A stretch of DNA of 64,000 bases from Perna viridis. Lineage: Eukaryota. This document shows positions 26,951 to 41,000 of the stretch, in pieces; the stretch's first letter is position 1, and each line of letters begins with the position of its first letter. The notes beneath the pieces are model-generated. The model was given only the letters and a program-made list of their open reading frames with translations. It made no database searches and had not been told where the DNA came from. The position numbers and the translations under genes were made by a program. The DNA lies in assembly GCA_037379345.1 (NCBI GenBank), contig CM074520.1, positions 930,001-994,000 on the forward strand, given 5' to 3'.

Positions 26951-28200
26951 TTTTTACATTCATACAAAGTGTTAAATTTGAAGTGTCTAGCTTTCAAAGA
27001 ATTTCTACTTGTTTTTAAGTATGAATACAAACAATAAACACAGGTAAAACCCTTTATCCGACAATTTTAATTTTAATAGACTTTTTAAGCCGGATGTGTT
27101 AAACAAAAATACATCTTTCAGCTAAGTATATTTAATGTTTCAACCATATATATGAAGTACATGTATAAACCGCTCTTAAGCATGATAAAGATCATTAAAC
27201 ATCCAAACATGTTTACATCATATCGAAATTTTCAATATTTATAAAAAAGACACCACAAAAATAATAAATTAATGAAATAATACATAAACAAATCATATCA
27301 TTCAGATATCGACAGTGTTGACGATTTCATGATTCATAGCGACGACATACTCTATAACATTATCATTAAACATTTCTGCGAATCGCGTGCAAACGAGATT
27401 CCATAACATAGATGGTAATCTTGATAAGAAACTCATTTATGATAAGATTCTAATTATACTTTCATTTCTGTTTTGTACTTACCTCTTTCGCTGGCTTAAG
27501 CGGTATGTCCAGATCTTCATTTAAACCCATAAACATTGCAATTATCTTTTCCAAGTACATGCAGATTTAATGCAGTTCTATTCATTTCGTAATTGCATAA
27601 GTTCTAACACACTGTCACAACCATAATTAGTTTTCTTACATTCCAATAATAAACTTTAATTGTGTTACTAGTTATTATCGTTCTTATGTTTTTGCAAGAC
27701 TTATCTCCTGTTTAAATGTCCAGAAATTATTTCATTGTCCTTGCATCTGGATAGAGCAGAATTAATTACAGAAACTTTTAAACAGGAAGTGTTAACGTAT
27801 ACAGGTATATATGCTAAAATATCACAACATGAAATTAAAAAGGTGAAATACGATAAAAATATTGGTTCTATTTCATCACTGTTTATCGGTTGAAGAACAG
27901 TTTTTAACACATCAAAAACTTTAAACTATGTTTATGGATAGGTAAGCAACATTAATACGCTTAACATCTGTACAATATTGGAAGTGTTTACTAAGCTGAC
28001 TGTTGTTATTGGGAGTTATTATGTTAAATATTTACATTAAAAAACTTTAAAATTTCCATAACAGGTCAATTTGCCTTACACACCTGAATAGAACCAACAG
28101 TAAGAGATGAAGACAAGCAGGTTTAATAAAATTCAGCAGATAAACGTCCATGAAGCAGTACCTGTGTTTAGGGTCTTGGTTCCCTTGATTACTATTTCAG

Positions 28201-28369
28201 TCAGTGGCCGGTTTCATAAAAAATCTCAAACTGAGATTTTCCTTATTAATCCTTCCTCAACTCAGTTTTGAATCAATGAAATTACTTGAAATTGGAGATT
28301 TTAGGAAAAACTTAGTAATTTGAGGAAAGTTTCCATTTGAGATTTTTTTTTAATGAAACCCAGAACTGA
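28201..28369. mobile_element. Short foldback MITE, possibly PIF/Harbinger-like
   Basis: ggtttcataaaaaatctcaaa (28210-28230) is inverted against tttgagatttttttttaatgaaacc (28336-28360), with outer tcagt/actga. Confidence 0.6.
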
Positions 28370-28833
28370 TCTTTTATTTGTCTTTATCAATAACAACAAT
28401 TTATATAAAAAGAAATAAATGAAATGAAGTAAAAAAATTTTTAAATAAACTAAAACCTAGGGATAATTTCCATTAAATTTTTGCTACACGCTTTTATCTT
28501 TCTGTGACATGAAGGAACAAGACCATAACGCTATGGATAGTTCTATAATCAGAGAATAAAGACATAGTGAATAAACCAAATGTAATTGAGCAATTCAGAT
28601 CTAACCAATAGCAGCATGTACAAGGTGCACCGGTAGGGCAAGTTACATGTAGTATTTAAAATCAATCACCTAGTTGTTCATACCAAATTGGGTTTTATAC
28701 TGAATGAATAAGTCATGATGAGGGCGACCAGTTAACGGTGACAGCCGTCCTTTTTTTATAAATACAATTCTATGTAAAATCGAATTGGTACAAATCTGTT
28801 TTATTTTGCAAAAACGAATAGAATATTACAGGT

Positions 28834-28980
28834 NNNNNNNNNNNNNNNNNNNNNNNNNNNNNNNNNNNNNNNNNNNNNNNNNNNNNNNNNNNNNNNNNNN
28901 NNNNNNNNNNNNNNNNNNNNNNNNNNNNNNNNNNNNNNNNNNNNNNNNNNNNNNNNNNNNNNNNNNNNNNNNNNNNNNNN
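28834..28980. other. Assembly gap (147 N)
   Basis: Run of N characters. Confidence 1.
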
Positions 28981-29151
28981 TTGTTCGAGCTTGTTCTAAT
29001 AAAATAATCATTCTTGAATACAAATATTTAATTGTTGGTTTTGAAAATAAAAAGAAGAATGTTTCTTTTTCGTACAAAGTGTATAAAGCTTAAGGTAAGC
29101 AAATTGTGTATGATACTAAATTCAGACATGCAACGTGCATACAAAAAGCCC

Positions 29152-30090
29152 TGCTATGAACAAGGTGTCCCTCTATGAAATACTGTCACAATGGTCCTCA
29201 AGGAAACAGTGTGATCCTCTATGTAACAAGGTATCTCTCTATGAAACAAGTTCTTCCTCGATAAAACAGTGTGCCCTCTATGAAACAATATGTCCTCTAT
29301 GAAAAAAATGTGTCCTCTATGAAACAATATGTCCTCTATGAAAAAAATGTGTCCTCTATGAAACAATGTGTTCTCTATGAAACAATATATCCTTCTATGT
29401 AACAATGTGTCCTCTATGTAACAATGTGTCCTCTATGAAAGAATGGGTCACCTATGAAACAAGGTGTCTTTCCATGTAACAAAGTGTCCTTTATGTAACA
29501 ATGTGACCCTCTATGTAACAATGTGACCATCTAAAAAAGGTGTCCCTCTATGTAACAAGGTGTCCTTCTATGTAACAATGTGATCCTCTATGAAACAATG
29601 TGACCATCTAAAAAAGGTGTCCCTCTATGTAACAAGGTGTCCTTCTATGTAACAAGGTGTCCTTCTATGTAACAAGGTGTCCTTCTATATAACAATATGA
29701 CCCTCTATGAAACAATGTGACCATCTAAAAACAAGGTGTCCTTCTATATAACAATATGACCCTCTATGAAACAATGTGACCATCTAAAAACAAGGTGTCC
29801 TTCTATATAACAATATGACCCTCTATGAAACAATGTGACCATCTAAAAACAAGGTGTCCTTCTATATAACAATATGACCCTCTATGAAACAATGTGACCA
29901 TCTAAAAACCAGGTGTCCTTCTATGTAACAAGGTGTCCTTCTATGTAACAATGTGACCCTCTATGAAACAATGTGACCATCTATGTAACAATGTGACCAT
30001 CTATGTAACAAGGTGTCCTTCTATGTAACAATGTGACCCTCTATGAAACAATGTGACCATCTAAAAACAAGGTGTTCCTCTATGTAACAA
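29152..30090. repeat. Satellite array, ~19-21-nt unit (ctatgtaacaatgtgaccct / ctatgtaacaaggtgtcctt) with ~60-nt higher-order blocks
   Basis: More than 40 visible units. Blocks reading ccctctatgaaacaatgtgaccatctaaaaacaaggtgtccttctatataacaatatga repeat at 29701-29880. Confidence 0.95.
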
Positions 30091-32044
30091 CAGTAACAAG
30101 ATTGTAGAAAAGTGCAGTTTTCGTTAAGAGTACTTTTTCAATAATTTTATTTTATTTTATCAAGTAAGTCATAATTATATTGGCAACTAAAAGTTACTGA
30201 CATGGTCCATCTGTCTATACAACCCCCCCAAATTTAAAGTATAATTTTTAAAACAAATTTGTATTCTTGTGTATTTATGCATCAATAAACTACAATTCAG
30301 TGTTCTAATGATACATAATTTGGGTGGTACAATGTTAAGCTTTACCAGTTTAAACTTGATATTTATCAATGTACAATGTAATGCGTTTTACTTTACGGCG
30401 TTCTCGACACGACTTTACCATTCTTATCCATCAAATAAGTTTTATTTCTATTAGGTAGAACCTAGTAAAGAAAATAATCGAGAAAACGCTAATTCAAAAC
30501 TTACGTAAAAATATTGCAAAAATAATAATTGAACATCTTATTTTTATGTTTCTTTAATTAAGAAATAACAATTTTACTATATCATTGATATAGATGTATC
30601 AATATGTTCACAATATATTTCACTATGAAAAGCCGTACTAAGACAGGGACATATACTGGCTAATTTATTTTCTCCTAGTTATTTTTCTTTTTACCATTTT
30701 GTACCATCTTCTGTCTTGATTTATGATTATGAGTTCGGTACTTATGTCATCAGTTTCATTTTAGAGATATATTTGCTAGGTCCAGATGGTTTGAATTATT
30801 ACTACAGGAATAAGGAATGAGCACACCAAACATCAGTCGTCGTAGATATAACTTCGTTCAAAATAAACAAAGATAATTCTGAATAAGTGATTTATGTAGC
30901 CTTTCAGTAAGTTGCGTCCGCGAAGGAATATTGTAGTTCATTGAATAGACTGTACGTTTATTGAAAAGCTTAATCTCTCATCTCACAACTTAAGGAATCA
31001 ACATCATTGTCAGAATTCAATTAGAGATGTGCAACATTACAGTAATTTTCAGAAATTTCTAGTCTGTAAAGTTCTTTTTACAAAGGGTTGGAACATTTAA
31101 ATGACATGTTCCTTTATTATTCGAATATACACTCATACAAATGAATTTCTTTTCATATCGACATACATTACAATACTTTATAACAACATCATAATTGTAT
31201 GTATTTAAACCTTTACAGAGGTATATTGACCGGCGCTATGGTTTCTAACGGAGAAAACACGTTTGTTTACACACAATGAAATTAAAATCAATCGCTTATG
31301 ATTCGTTTCACGCCATTGAGCATTAGAAACTACCTTAAAAGGGGTATTTGTTTTTTTTTAAACAATTCGAAATAATTACGCTGAATATGTCTTTAGGCCA
31401 GGGATAATAATGTATGTACAATTAAAACAAATAAATTGATGTTTCAATCATATCTTAAATGAATTAATATTCTTAAATTAAGAGTAATTTTAAATAACAG
31501 TCCTTTAAAGGCCTCAACTGTTTAGATGGAATACAAAACAAAATATAAATGTGTTAAGTAGAAACATAGAAATACGAATCAGTTTTCAAAATCAAGGTTA
31601 GCGAATAATTTCTACCAGAAACATTTCACCAAAATTTTGTGATATGATTCTCAAAACGCGATTATTTTGAGGAAAACGAAGACAGCTGCATAGTACATTG
31701 ATCATCATGTCGTTATTAAAATAAGGTAAATATTTCATAGCTAATAAATACATCTGTTTTCATATATGTATGTATGTATGTATATATCAGCGAAATGATA
31801 TATTAACAAAAATATTTGAATCATTTTAAAGTGTTAATTAAAACACTATAGCAACAGGACATATATTGTGATTGAGTAAAGTGACATGCTGTGATATTTT
31901 GTTCCCCAAGAAAAAAAAATTCAGACTTCTGAATTCAAATGAAATATATTTCTACATTTGCATTGGTCATGGTAACATTTTTCTCTGTTACACATTCAGG
32001 AGTTCGATTGGTACTTTTATAGGTTATAAAGTGATGATTTGAAT

Positions 32045-35000
32045 ATGGAACGAAAATGCAAACTACTAGTTTTCTTTGGATTCATTGGAATATATCATGA
32101 AGGTATGTATGCTTTCATTCATATTTCAATGGATGCAATACTGTTCATAAAGGACAATACATAACACCGAAAGAGACCGGAGCAACGAAGTACCAATCTA
32201 AGCAAAAGTAGTTACAAAACACTTCACCTATCAATGTTCATTATATTAAACAATATGTAGTTTCTATTTCACAGATAAAACAAAATATCTTCAGTTAGAT
32301 TTAACGTCTTATCAGATTGAAGATCACCGAACTTGATCAGCCTTTGTATTTTATTTTAATGCTGCCGTATTTGCAATATTATAATATTGGTCCCGAGTAG
32401 GACACTTAAAAAGGATCTGACGTCACTTCCATTTTTTTTGGTGGGAGTTTATATTGCAAGTGCTTTAAATTTTTGTGTACTTTCTTGTTTTCTTATCTTC
32501 AGTATATGTATATATGCAATTGATTTTTATTCTGCATTGTAAATGTAGACCGTATGTATTTAATAACGGACAGTTACGGTGTATCAATCTGCACCACGAT
32601 AACCGACTTCTTCGCCATGTCTTAGTTTCTTTTTTTCTATTTTGTCTACCCTGGTTTTGACATTTTATATGAACATCTCGGTGGGTGTTTCTAGAAAAGA
32701 AAAGGACGCTTTTCCTACCGGTGCATCTGGTCTCAAAATTGCCGACAAAAGCAAAAAACAATGTACTATTATATAATTAACAGTCTCAGGCACATGTTCA
32801 GCCACTAACAGAAGGGGACAAGCAACACTTACTGTAGCAGAGGAGCCAGCTTACCTCTCATCTCCGGGATGGAAAACTTCATATTACAGGTTATTAATAC
32901 CTTTGAGCAAACTAACTTATCTGGACTCAGTTGCACAAAATTTATAACTTAAATATAATCTTGGTTAAAATATACATGATTTAGTATACAATTCTACCAG
33001 TTTTGTACATTTTAGCCAAGATGTCTACAAAGTAGAATACGATTTTGGTAATTACTCATTGTTTTGTATTGAATACCGCACAATAAGAAACATCGTTTTT
33101 AATTATTTTTTCTTTCGAGTACATATTAATAACTCGGTAGCTATAATACACAAAATTTAAATGGCTAGAATTTTAAAATTTCATTACACGCTTTATACAG
33201 AGCTCAATATGACAGCAAAAAGATCTCCGTGTCCAACACTATTGTTCTGTTACAATCTTTTATGGTTTCAAAGACTATTAACACATGCATTGGACAGTAA
33301 TAATTGAAGTAAACTAGGTTTCTATGCTGTTTAAAACTAATTTAATTTTCATATTTCATTGACTTGTACGGATTAGCGATATAAGTTTGAAGCACAAAGC
33401 TTTTACAACCTAACACTTTGTCTTTTGTGATGTATACACAACATCGAGCTTCGAACAGCGTCTGACTTTCGGAGTTCACTTTAGACGCTGCAGCCAATCC
33501 TCTAAAAATGCAAGAACCTTGCAAAGTCGGGAAAAAGTGAATGATTTTACGCGACGTTTTACAAATGTCAAACGACGTTTTAATTGAATAATGTCCGAGA
33601 ATTTCGAAAGGCCTGTCTGTAGCGGTTTTTTAGAGATAAAACGAACGTCTGCCGCTACGTGGAACTTGTCAAAAACATCGAGAGATTAGTCTTTTGGCTA
33701 ATTTATGATGAGTAGTTTCAGAAATGACATAATCATATAATTACTAAATAATGTTTGAATTTCATTGCATCAGTAGTAAAAAGTTACAGAACAAATCCCC
33801 AATAAGTAGGTTTAGAAATATCTTCTCAACATCTCTGAGTTTAAACATTTTTCTGATCTAATTTCGCCAGCAACATGGATTGTCGATGGACTCTAGAAGC
33901 CCCTATTGGTAGGTTTGTCATTGTAGATGTAATGGAGTCATACTTTGAAGGAAGCCCTGGTTGTGCTTATGATTACCTGGGCATTTATGACGGTAGGTAC
34001 TACAATATATTTGACCTATGAGTCTAGTCACATCATGATAATTAATGTCAGGATTAATACCAAACTACCAAACAATAAGCACTTGGCTTTTCCACATTGA
34101 AAATACTATGTTTAAGATTTCATGATTTCTAATTAAGAACAAATTTGTTCACAATGTGGTTATTTCTATTATTATTTACAACCGAAGTAGAAATTTTGGA
34201 ATAGCTGCAGATGACTATTACCCTACCATTGCATCTAGTCCTTAATCCTAGTTATAAGTGAACCCGCGTTGCTCGGTTATTTTGTAATTTCTGTGTATAT
34301 TCTTATACTTAAGTATCAGTTCATATAAAATTCAGACACTGCTTAATGTAGAGGTGGTTCATGGTGTAAAAAAAACAACCAAACAAATGATACTTTTTTG
34401 GTCTACGTATACTATACTTTGGAGTAACGATAGTCGTTTCTGTATTTAGATCTGTACATTTGATAAATCAATACATTGATCACACACTTAAATCAATCAA
34501 ATCAAACCAAATTAAGAACGCTAACTCTTGCAAAGTGTCAGTTTCATACACAATATGATTAATTCTATAGAAGCAAATGACAAACTAAAGCCAGTTATAT
34601 GGTCTGTAACAATTTTTGAGTAAGAAATAAAAATGAATTTGTTTTTTTTACATGCATAAATCACCTTTTGTCTGATTTTTATAATGACTGATACGTTGAA
34701 ATATGTGTTTTTGACAGTGTTTTGTCATGGTCATTTATGTCCATTGGTTATTGTTATATAGTTTCTCAATGTTCTTGCAATTATTATGTGCTACTTATTG
34801 TTCAGGGAACAGCCTGTCATCTTCTGTCACCAGACTGTGTAACAATCAAAGGTTTGGTCGATTGTTTGTAGCCACTGGTAATAATGTGATCCTACGACTG
34901 AAGAGTGATTTCAGCGTCAACTATGCCGGATTCTCACTTCGGTATTTTTATGCATCTGATAGTAAGTAAAACAATTAATTACTTTAGCCATTTTACTCAT

Positions 35001-38000
35001 TTTGCCTTAACAAAGTCAACTGTTACATGTTTATGTATTTCAAGTTCATCACACCAGATATCAGAATATCAGTTCTATGCTAGTGAATTTCCCTGTACAA
35101 AAGTTTAAAAAGGATAACAGTAATAAGTAATAATAATTATTTCAACAAATGAAAAATAACTACAGTTCTCATAATATATTATAACAATATAAGAAACGAA
35201 TTGTGCTGAGTATTATTGCATTTCAGCTGCTAACTCTGATTGTGCGACACCTACAACACTAACAGCTTCGTCAGCTCTCCAGTATATTGTTTCACCAGGT
35301 TTTCCAAATCAGTATGATACGTGAGTAATAATTGTCTTCCATATATATAATTTCTTACCTATGTATGTATTGTTTAGTTTTCACTTTCAGTTTACTTGTA
35401 TGTTGCTAGAGTATATAGGGGCAACTATTTCGCTGTACCTGTGAATTTTGATGTTTTCGGGACAGCTGCAGCTTTTCCAGTTGTGTAAGGGTTTTCTCGT
35501 CGTTCTTTGAAGACTCATAGGTGGCCTTGTTTTTTTTTATATATTATATATTAAGTTTTCCAACAGTAGAATGGTAATTGGCTTGTGTTTCATTCTTATG
35601 CATTATGAATTATTGTATACAAAATATGTACAGGGAAAATTGCAACGTGCGTTTTTTCATATTTGATAACACCTGAAAACATACATTTAACATTGTAACA
35701 TGTAATTGACTAGCCTATTATTTCATGGAAAAACAATTAAATAAAAATCATATGGCATTCATATGTTTTCAATAGGATTTCACATATGATACGAGTTTTT
35801 TCGTATGATTTTCGAAAACATGATTTTTAATCACACAAAACATACTGGTCCTAAACATATGTTTCATTTTGGTTTAAAACAAATGAGAACATATGTTGTA
35901 ATTGCTCTTTTGTAATTGTGATAAAACATCTAACAACAATTGAACTGTTTGTTTGTCGTTCTAAGGGAACAAACATGTGAATGGCATATTACTTCTTCAT
36001 CATCAAAATCAATCAGTGTGAAGGTTCTACAGTCTGACATGTTGAGTGGCGAAGTTTGTTACTCAGACAAACTTCAAATATTTGATGGTAAGTAGGAAAG
36101 GTTATATACGGTATTTATATACATTTTGTATTACCAAATACTATATTTAAATGATGTATAAAAACGAATCAAAATGCATTTAGTAAAGATTATAAAAAAT
36201 ACTTTTTTTTTATTGTAAAAACTTTTTCAACTTGAAGTTCTTCAAACATATTTCCTAGAATCGAGTGTAACTACGTATGACAAGATCAACTAACCTTTCA
36301 AAAGAAAGTACTGCTTTACATGGTCAATTACTTACTAATGCAAGGTTAGGTAAGTAGGGGAGCCATAGTGTTATATATACTGTCAGTGACCACATATCAT
36401 CAATAAATATACTGTCAATGCATTTTAGTTGAACGATTGCAGAATAAAAGTTCTTATCAAGTCATGTTATCTAAGTTTGATTCAGTCTGTTGTGTTTGCT
36501 TCTGGTGTTTCTAGAGAAGCAGAGGACGCTTCCCCTACCGGTGCACCTGGTCCATGCTCCCAGTTTTTAATGGAGTCCGAGTTGCTCATTTACTTTTGTT
36601 ACTTTGTATGTATGATTTTAGTTACTTGATATTCTTTGTTGTGAATGTCTGTTTTCCATATCTGGTCTTTGTCCCTGGATTACATTCTTTTGATTACCGC
36701 TATAACCTTGGTTCCCTTGATTACTCTTTCTAGTAGTTGTGTGTCATCTGTCAACTTAATATATTGCTCTAAACGATTACATTTTCTTACTTTTTATATA
36801 ATTCCTCATAACTTTTTGTAGGGTCCAATGTTTCAGGAGATAAGCTAGCAGAGATATGTGATAATTCAGATTATTTCGTCGACACATTAGAATACACTAC
36901 AAACTTAACAACTAATGCGTTTATAAAGTTCCAGAGTCTGGAAAGTGGAAGGTCACGAAGAGGGTTCTTAATTGCCTATAATGAAACGGATACTGGTAAG
37001 TTTGTATTGTATAAATGTTTTGATGATCCTACATAATATATTTGGCGTTTCAAAAATTTCTTTTATACATAAAATGTAGAGGTTTTGAAAGAAAAATATT
37101 TTTTTAACTTTTGGATTATTTAGAAGGTATTTGCACAAAATATTTACATGTAGTTAAGTATACTTTCTCATTCCAAGGAGCAGATATTTTAGGCTTACGC
37201 TTAATAGATGCCTATTAGTCCCTCGCATGGTTTAATAATAAATATTTTATTTTTCTACAGTTATAACAGTGCCAACCACAACTCCGTCCAGTACCTACAG
37301 TACGTGTGGGGAGCAAACTATCACAATCACTGATACATCAATACCCGTCTTCATTACCTCCCCTGATTATCCTATTTTCTATTCCAAGTAAGTAAAACAA
37401 CAGCTATCGTTCTTTATTTGAATGTAATAGAACATAAAGAAAAGTATAGATAAAGTAGTAGAAGGACTAAGACAATGATCAAATTGAAAGTAGTAGAAGG
37501 ACTAAGACAATGATCAAATTGAAAGTAGCAATCAAAACAACTATGAAGTGGAAACTCAAAATTCTATCGGTCAAATAATGGAAAACATATAAGTTCAACT
37601 ATTGATTTGATTTTGTAGTAACTTAAACTGCAATTGGCAAGTGACAGGACCACAAGGTTCAGTCCTACAGATAAAGATCTTAGATTTCTTCCTGGAGGAC
37701 AGTGAGGAATGTTTTGGTGACAGTGTTACTATATATGATGGTAGGAATTGATATAAAACTGCACATGCACAAAACAAGACCTCCGATAAATGCTGGGTAC
37801 AAATAATTTCGTTCACATTTTGAAACAACTAAATTTTTGTGATATCTCAGAATAAAATATTTGAGTGTATACGATGAAAGTTTTGTTGTATAACAGAAAG
37901 ACAGTCTACGCTTATAAAATTGGAGAATGTTTTAATGTGGCATGAAATTTTGGTTTTAAACTACTTTTACCTCACTGAAATTCTTATGCTTGATATAATA

Positions 38001-41000
38001 ACTAACAAACATTTACCCCCTGAAAAAGAAATAAAAAATAAATAAAATAAAAACAAAAAAGAGACAAAAACAAAAACAACCAAACAAACAAATTTACGCT
38101 ACCCGACCCTCGACAATATGCCATGTTAACTTGAGTAACACTTAATATTATTTCGTCATTTATAATATGAATTAACGAAATATATAAATAAACGTGTAAA
38201 GTGTCAGTACCTGTCAGGATCAGGCAGTAGGTGAAACAAGGTATAAAAAATCATCATTTTGATAGTGTAATTTGACTATTTGCACCATCTGAATCAAGGA
38301 AAACATACAATATTTCCATATTATGCTGGACCATTGAGTTACAATTTCATTGAAATTCACTGAAAATGAACATTTCAAGGGCAGATAACTTGATAAACCC
38401 CCATTTTTATAAGATTCAATTGAAAAATTTCTGAGCAAAAGCAGTGATGCAGAGATCAAATAATGGTCTTTTCAAATAGAGAAAGTATCCTTGAATGATA
38501 TTACATTGTCAGATTGGTGGGTTTTTGACATGCATGTTTCTCATTTTTCCCATTTTGCCTGATTTTTACAAGTACTTACAGTACTTACACTTAAAATTAT
38601 AGTGAGAAAATGGCATTAGAACGTAATTTTAGGATATCATGGATCAGCAACAAATTGGGAACATAAATATGGTAGTTACTAGGCATTGTTAATACAAAAT
38701 AATACATGTGCTCTGAAAGTTTATAGAACGAGCAAAGAAAATTTGGAATGAAATAAACAATTACATGCATCATTTTTCTATTTTAGGTTTGAACTCAGGT
38801 TATCCTCAGCTTTTTCAGGACTGCGGAGAGACCGCAACTACTGATGTTAATAGTACTGGAAATAGTGCTCATGTTTCGTTTAGAGCAGATGGTTCTACTA
38901 CAACCAGAGGGTTTAAGTTCCAGGTTGTCGTCCTTGATGGAGGTCAGATCTATTGTTATACATTAAAAAAAATATTGTCGAATGACAATATTACATTGTA
39001 TTTTGGTAAATAAGGGTAACTACAAAATTAACGAACTCCACTTCGATCCATAATCAATTCAAGTCCAGAATAAATCTTGTAAGAAAGTATAAATTAAAGG
39101 AAGATTTTGTAATTGAAATATTGATGCATGCGACTATTGATGGATTTATGAGATCAAAACTCAAGATGAACTGACGTCTTCGAATATCATCCATTATACA
39201 AATAATAAGTAAAATAATGTACCAAGAATTGTTTTCTCGAAATTCATAATTTCATGTCTTTGTAGGGACTCCGGTCTGTGTGGAAGGCAATCCAACTGAA
39301 TTGAATGCTACATTTGATAGACAATATCTAAACTCTCCAAACTATCCAGATAATTATGGAAGGTATTTGCGTTGTTTATTTTGTTTTAAGGATTAGATAT
39401 AAAATAAGATGAAGATTTGGGAAAACTGTCGCATAAATGATAAAAAGTTTGATTTATTTCTATAATTTCCTTATTGGTCCCGTTTTAGGTTTGTTTACTG
39501 TTTTATATGTCCAATTGCTTTGAAGAAGTTAACAATGTTCAGACTAACCATATTTAAAGAACGTGAATTTCTTGTATGTGTTGTTATCCTCCTACTTAAA
39601 GAATGAATATAATTTAAAAATGCATTTCAGATTTGATAAATTTGATAAATACTGATCGCCATTGATATTCTTTCTAATTTTGCTATGATAATACATTGTT
39701 TTTATAGTGTCACATAATAAAAAGTTTTATGTCTAAGCCATGTCAGATTCACAGGAAATAAATAGAATCACATATTTACACGAGTACTTATGTAACCAGC
39801 CTTATTTTTTTTTCTGAATATTGAGTAAAAGATCATTCAACTTGGCTGTTCACGCTGTATAAATGACTCACTATAACTCATGTAACAATTGACGTTAATG
39901 TTTATATTTTTAATTTGTGAAAAGCATGTGATCTCGACTGGCAGAAAAAACATTTTATGTAAAGTAATCTTTACTGGTCATATAAGAGCTAAACAATATC
40001 AAGAAAAAAAGCGAGGACTTCATTTTTTACGTGATCATTTTTCCTACTTATTGTTGCTAAAATGTGTACAAACTATATAAAATAGTATGAGAAGCAACTT
40101 TTTCTTTATTTTACTGGTCGGTTTTCTTTAGAGTTTGCGATTGTTAAGCTTCAGTCTTATCAAACAAATTTCGAATATGAGTGATAGTATGATTATTGGT
40201 CTATTTGTAGCTCTTCAACAACACAATGGTTAATATACAATACTGAATCCTATGACTATGAGATAGTTATAGATACGGTGGATTCTAGGATTGAGGCTAG
40301 TGTTGGCTGCTCTGCTGATAAAGTTCAGTTATTTAAAGGTAGGTGGATTCTAGGATTGAGGCTAGTGTAGACTGCTCTATTAATAAAGTTCAGTTGTATA
40401 AAGGTTAATGATTCAATGATTGAGGCTAGTGTTGGCTGCTCTGCTGATAAAGTTTAGCTATATAAAGGTTGGTGATTCTAAGATTGCACCAGTGTTGGCT
40501 GCTCTTCTGCTAAAGTTCAGTTGTATAAAGGTTGGTTATTCTGGGGTTAAAGCAAATGTTGGCTGCTTTGCTGATAAAATTCAGCTGTATAAAGGTAGGT
40601 GATTCAAGGATTGAGGCTAGTGTTGACTGCTCTGCTAATAAAATTCAGTTGTATAAAAGTTGGTGATTCTAGAATTGCAGATAGTGTTGGCTGCCTTGCT
40701 AATAATGTTCAGTTGTATAAAGGATGGTTATTCTGGGGTTGAAGCTAATGTTGGCTGCTCTGCTGATAAAATTCAGCTGTATAAAGGTAGGTGATTCAAG
40801 GATTGAGGCTAGTGTTGACTGCTCTGCTAATAAAATTCAGTTGTACGAAGGTTGGTGATTCTAGGATTGCAGATAGTGTTGGCTGCTCTACTAATAAAGT
40901 TTAGCTGTATAAAGGTTAGTGATTCAAGGATTAAGGCTATTGTTGGCTGCTGTGTTGATAAAGTTCAGTTGTATAAAGGTTAGTGATTCTAAGATTGCAC

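Noticed and set aside
27483-27570. Minus-strand segment with a strong donor (AGAG|gtaagt) as first coding exon of the single-CUB gene
   Set aside because: The reading MYLEKIIAMF... is not signal-like and the ATG at 26731 gives a complete model. It is more likely a 5' UTR exon, but this is unproven.
28785-29093. ORFs spanning the N run
   Set aside because: Open only because of ambiguous bases.
29154-29405. ORF with LFHRGHIFFIED repeats (and the IYQLYLCNSFIL ORF at 43196)
   Set aside because: Artefacts of satellite periodicity; no splice or start context.
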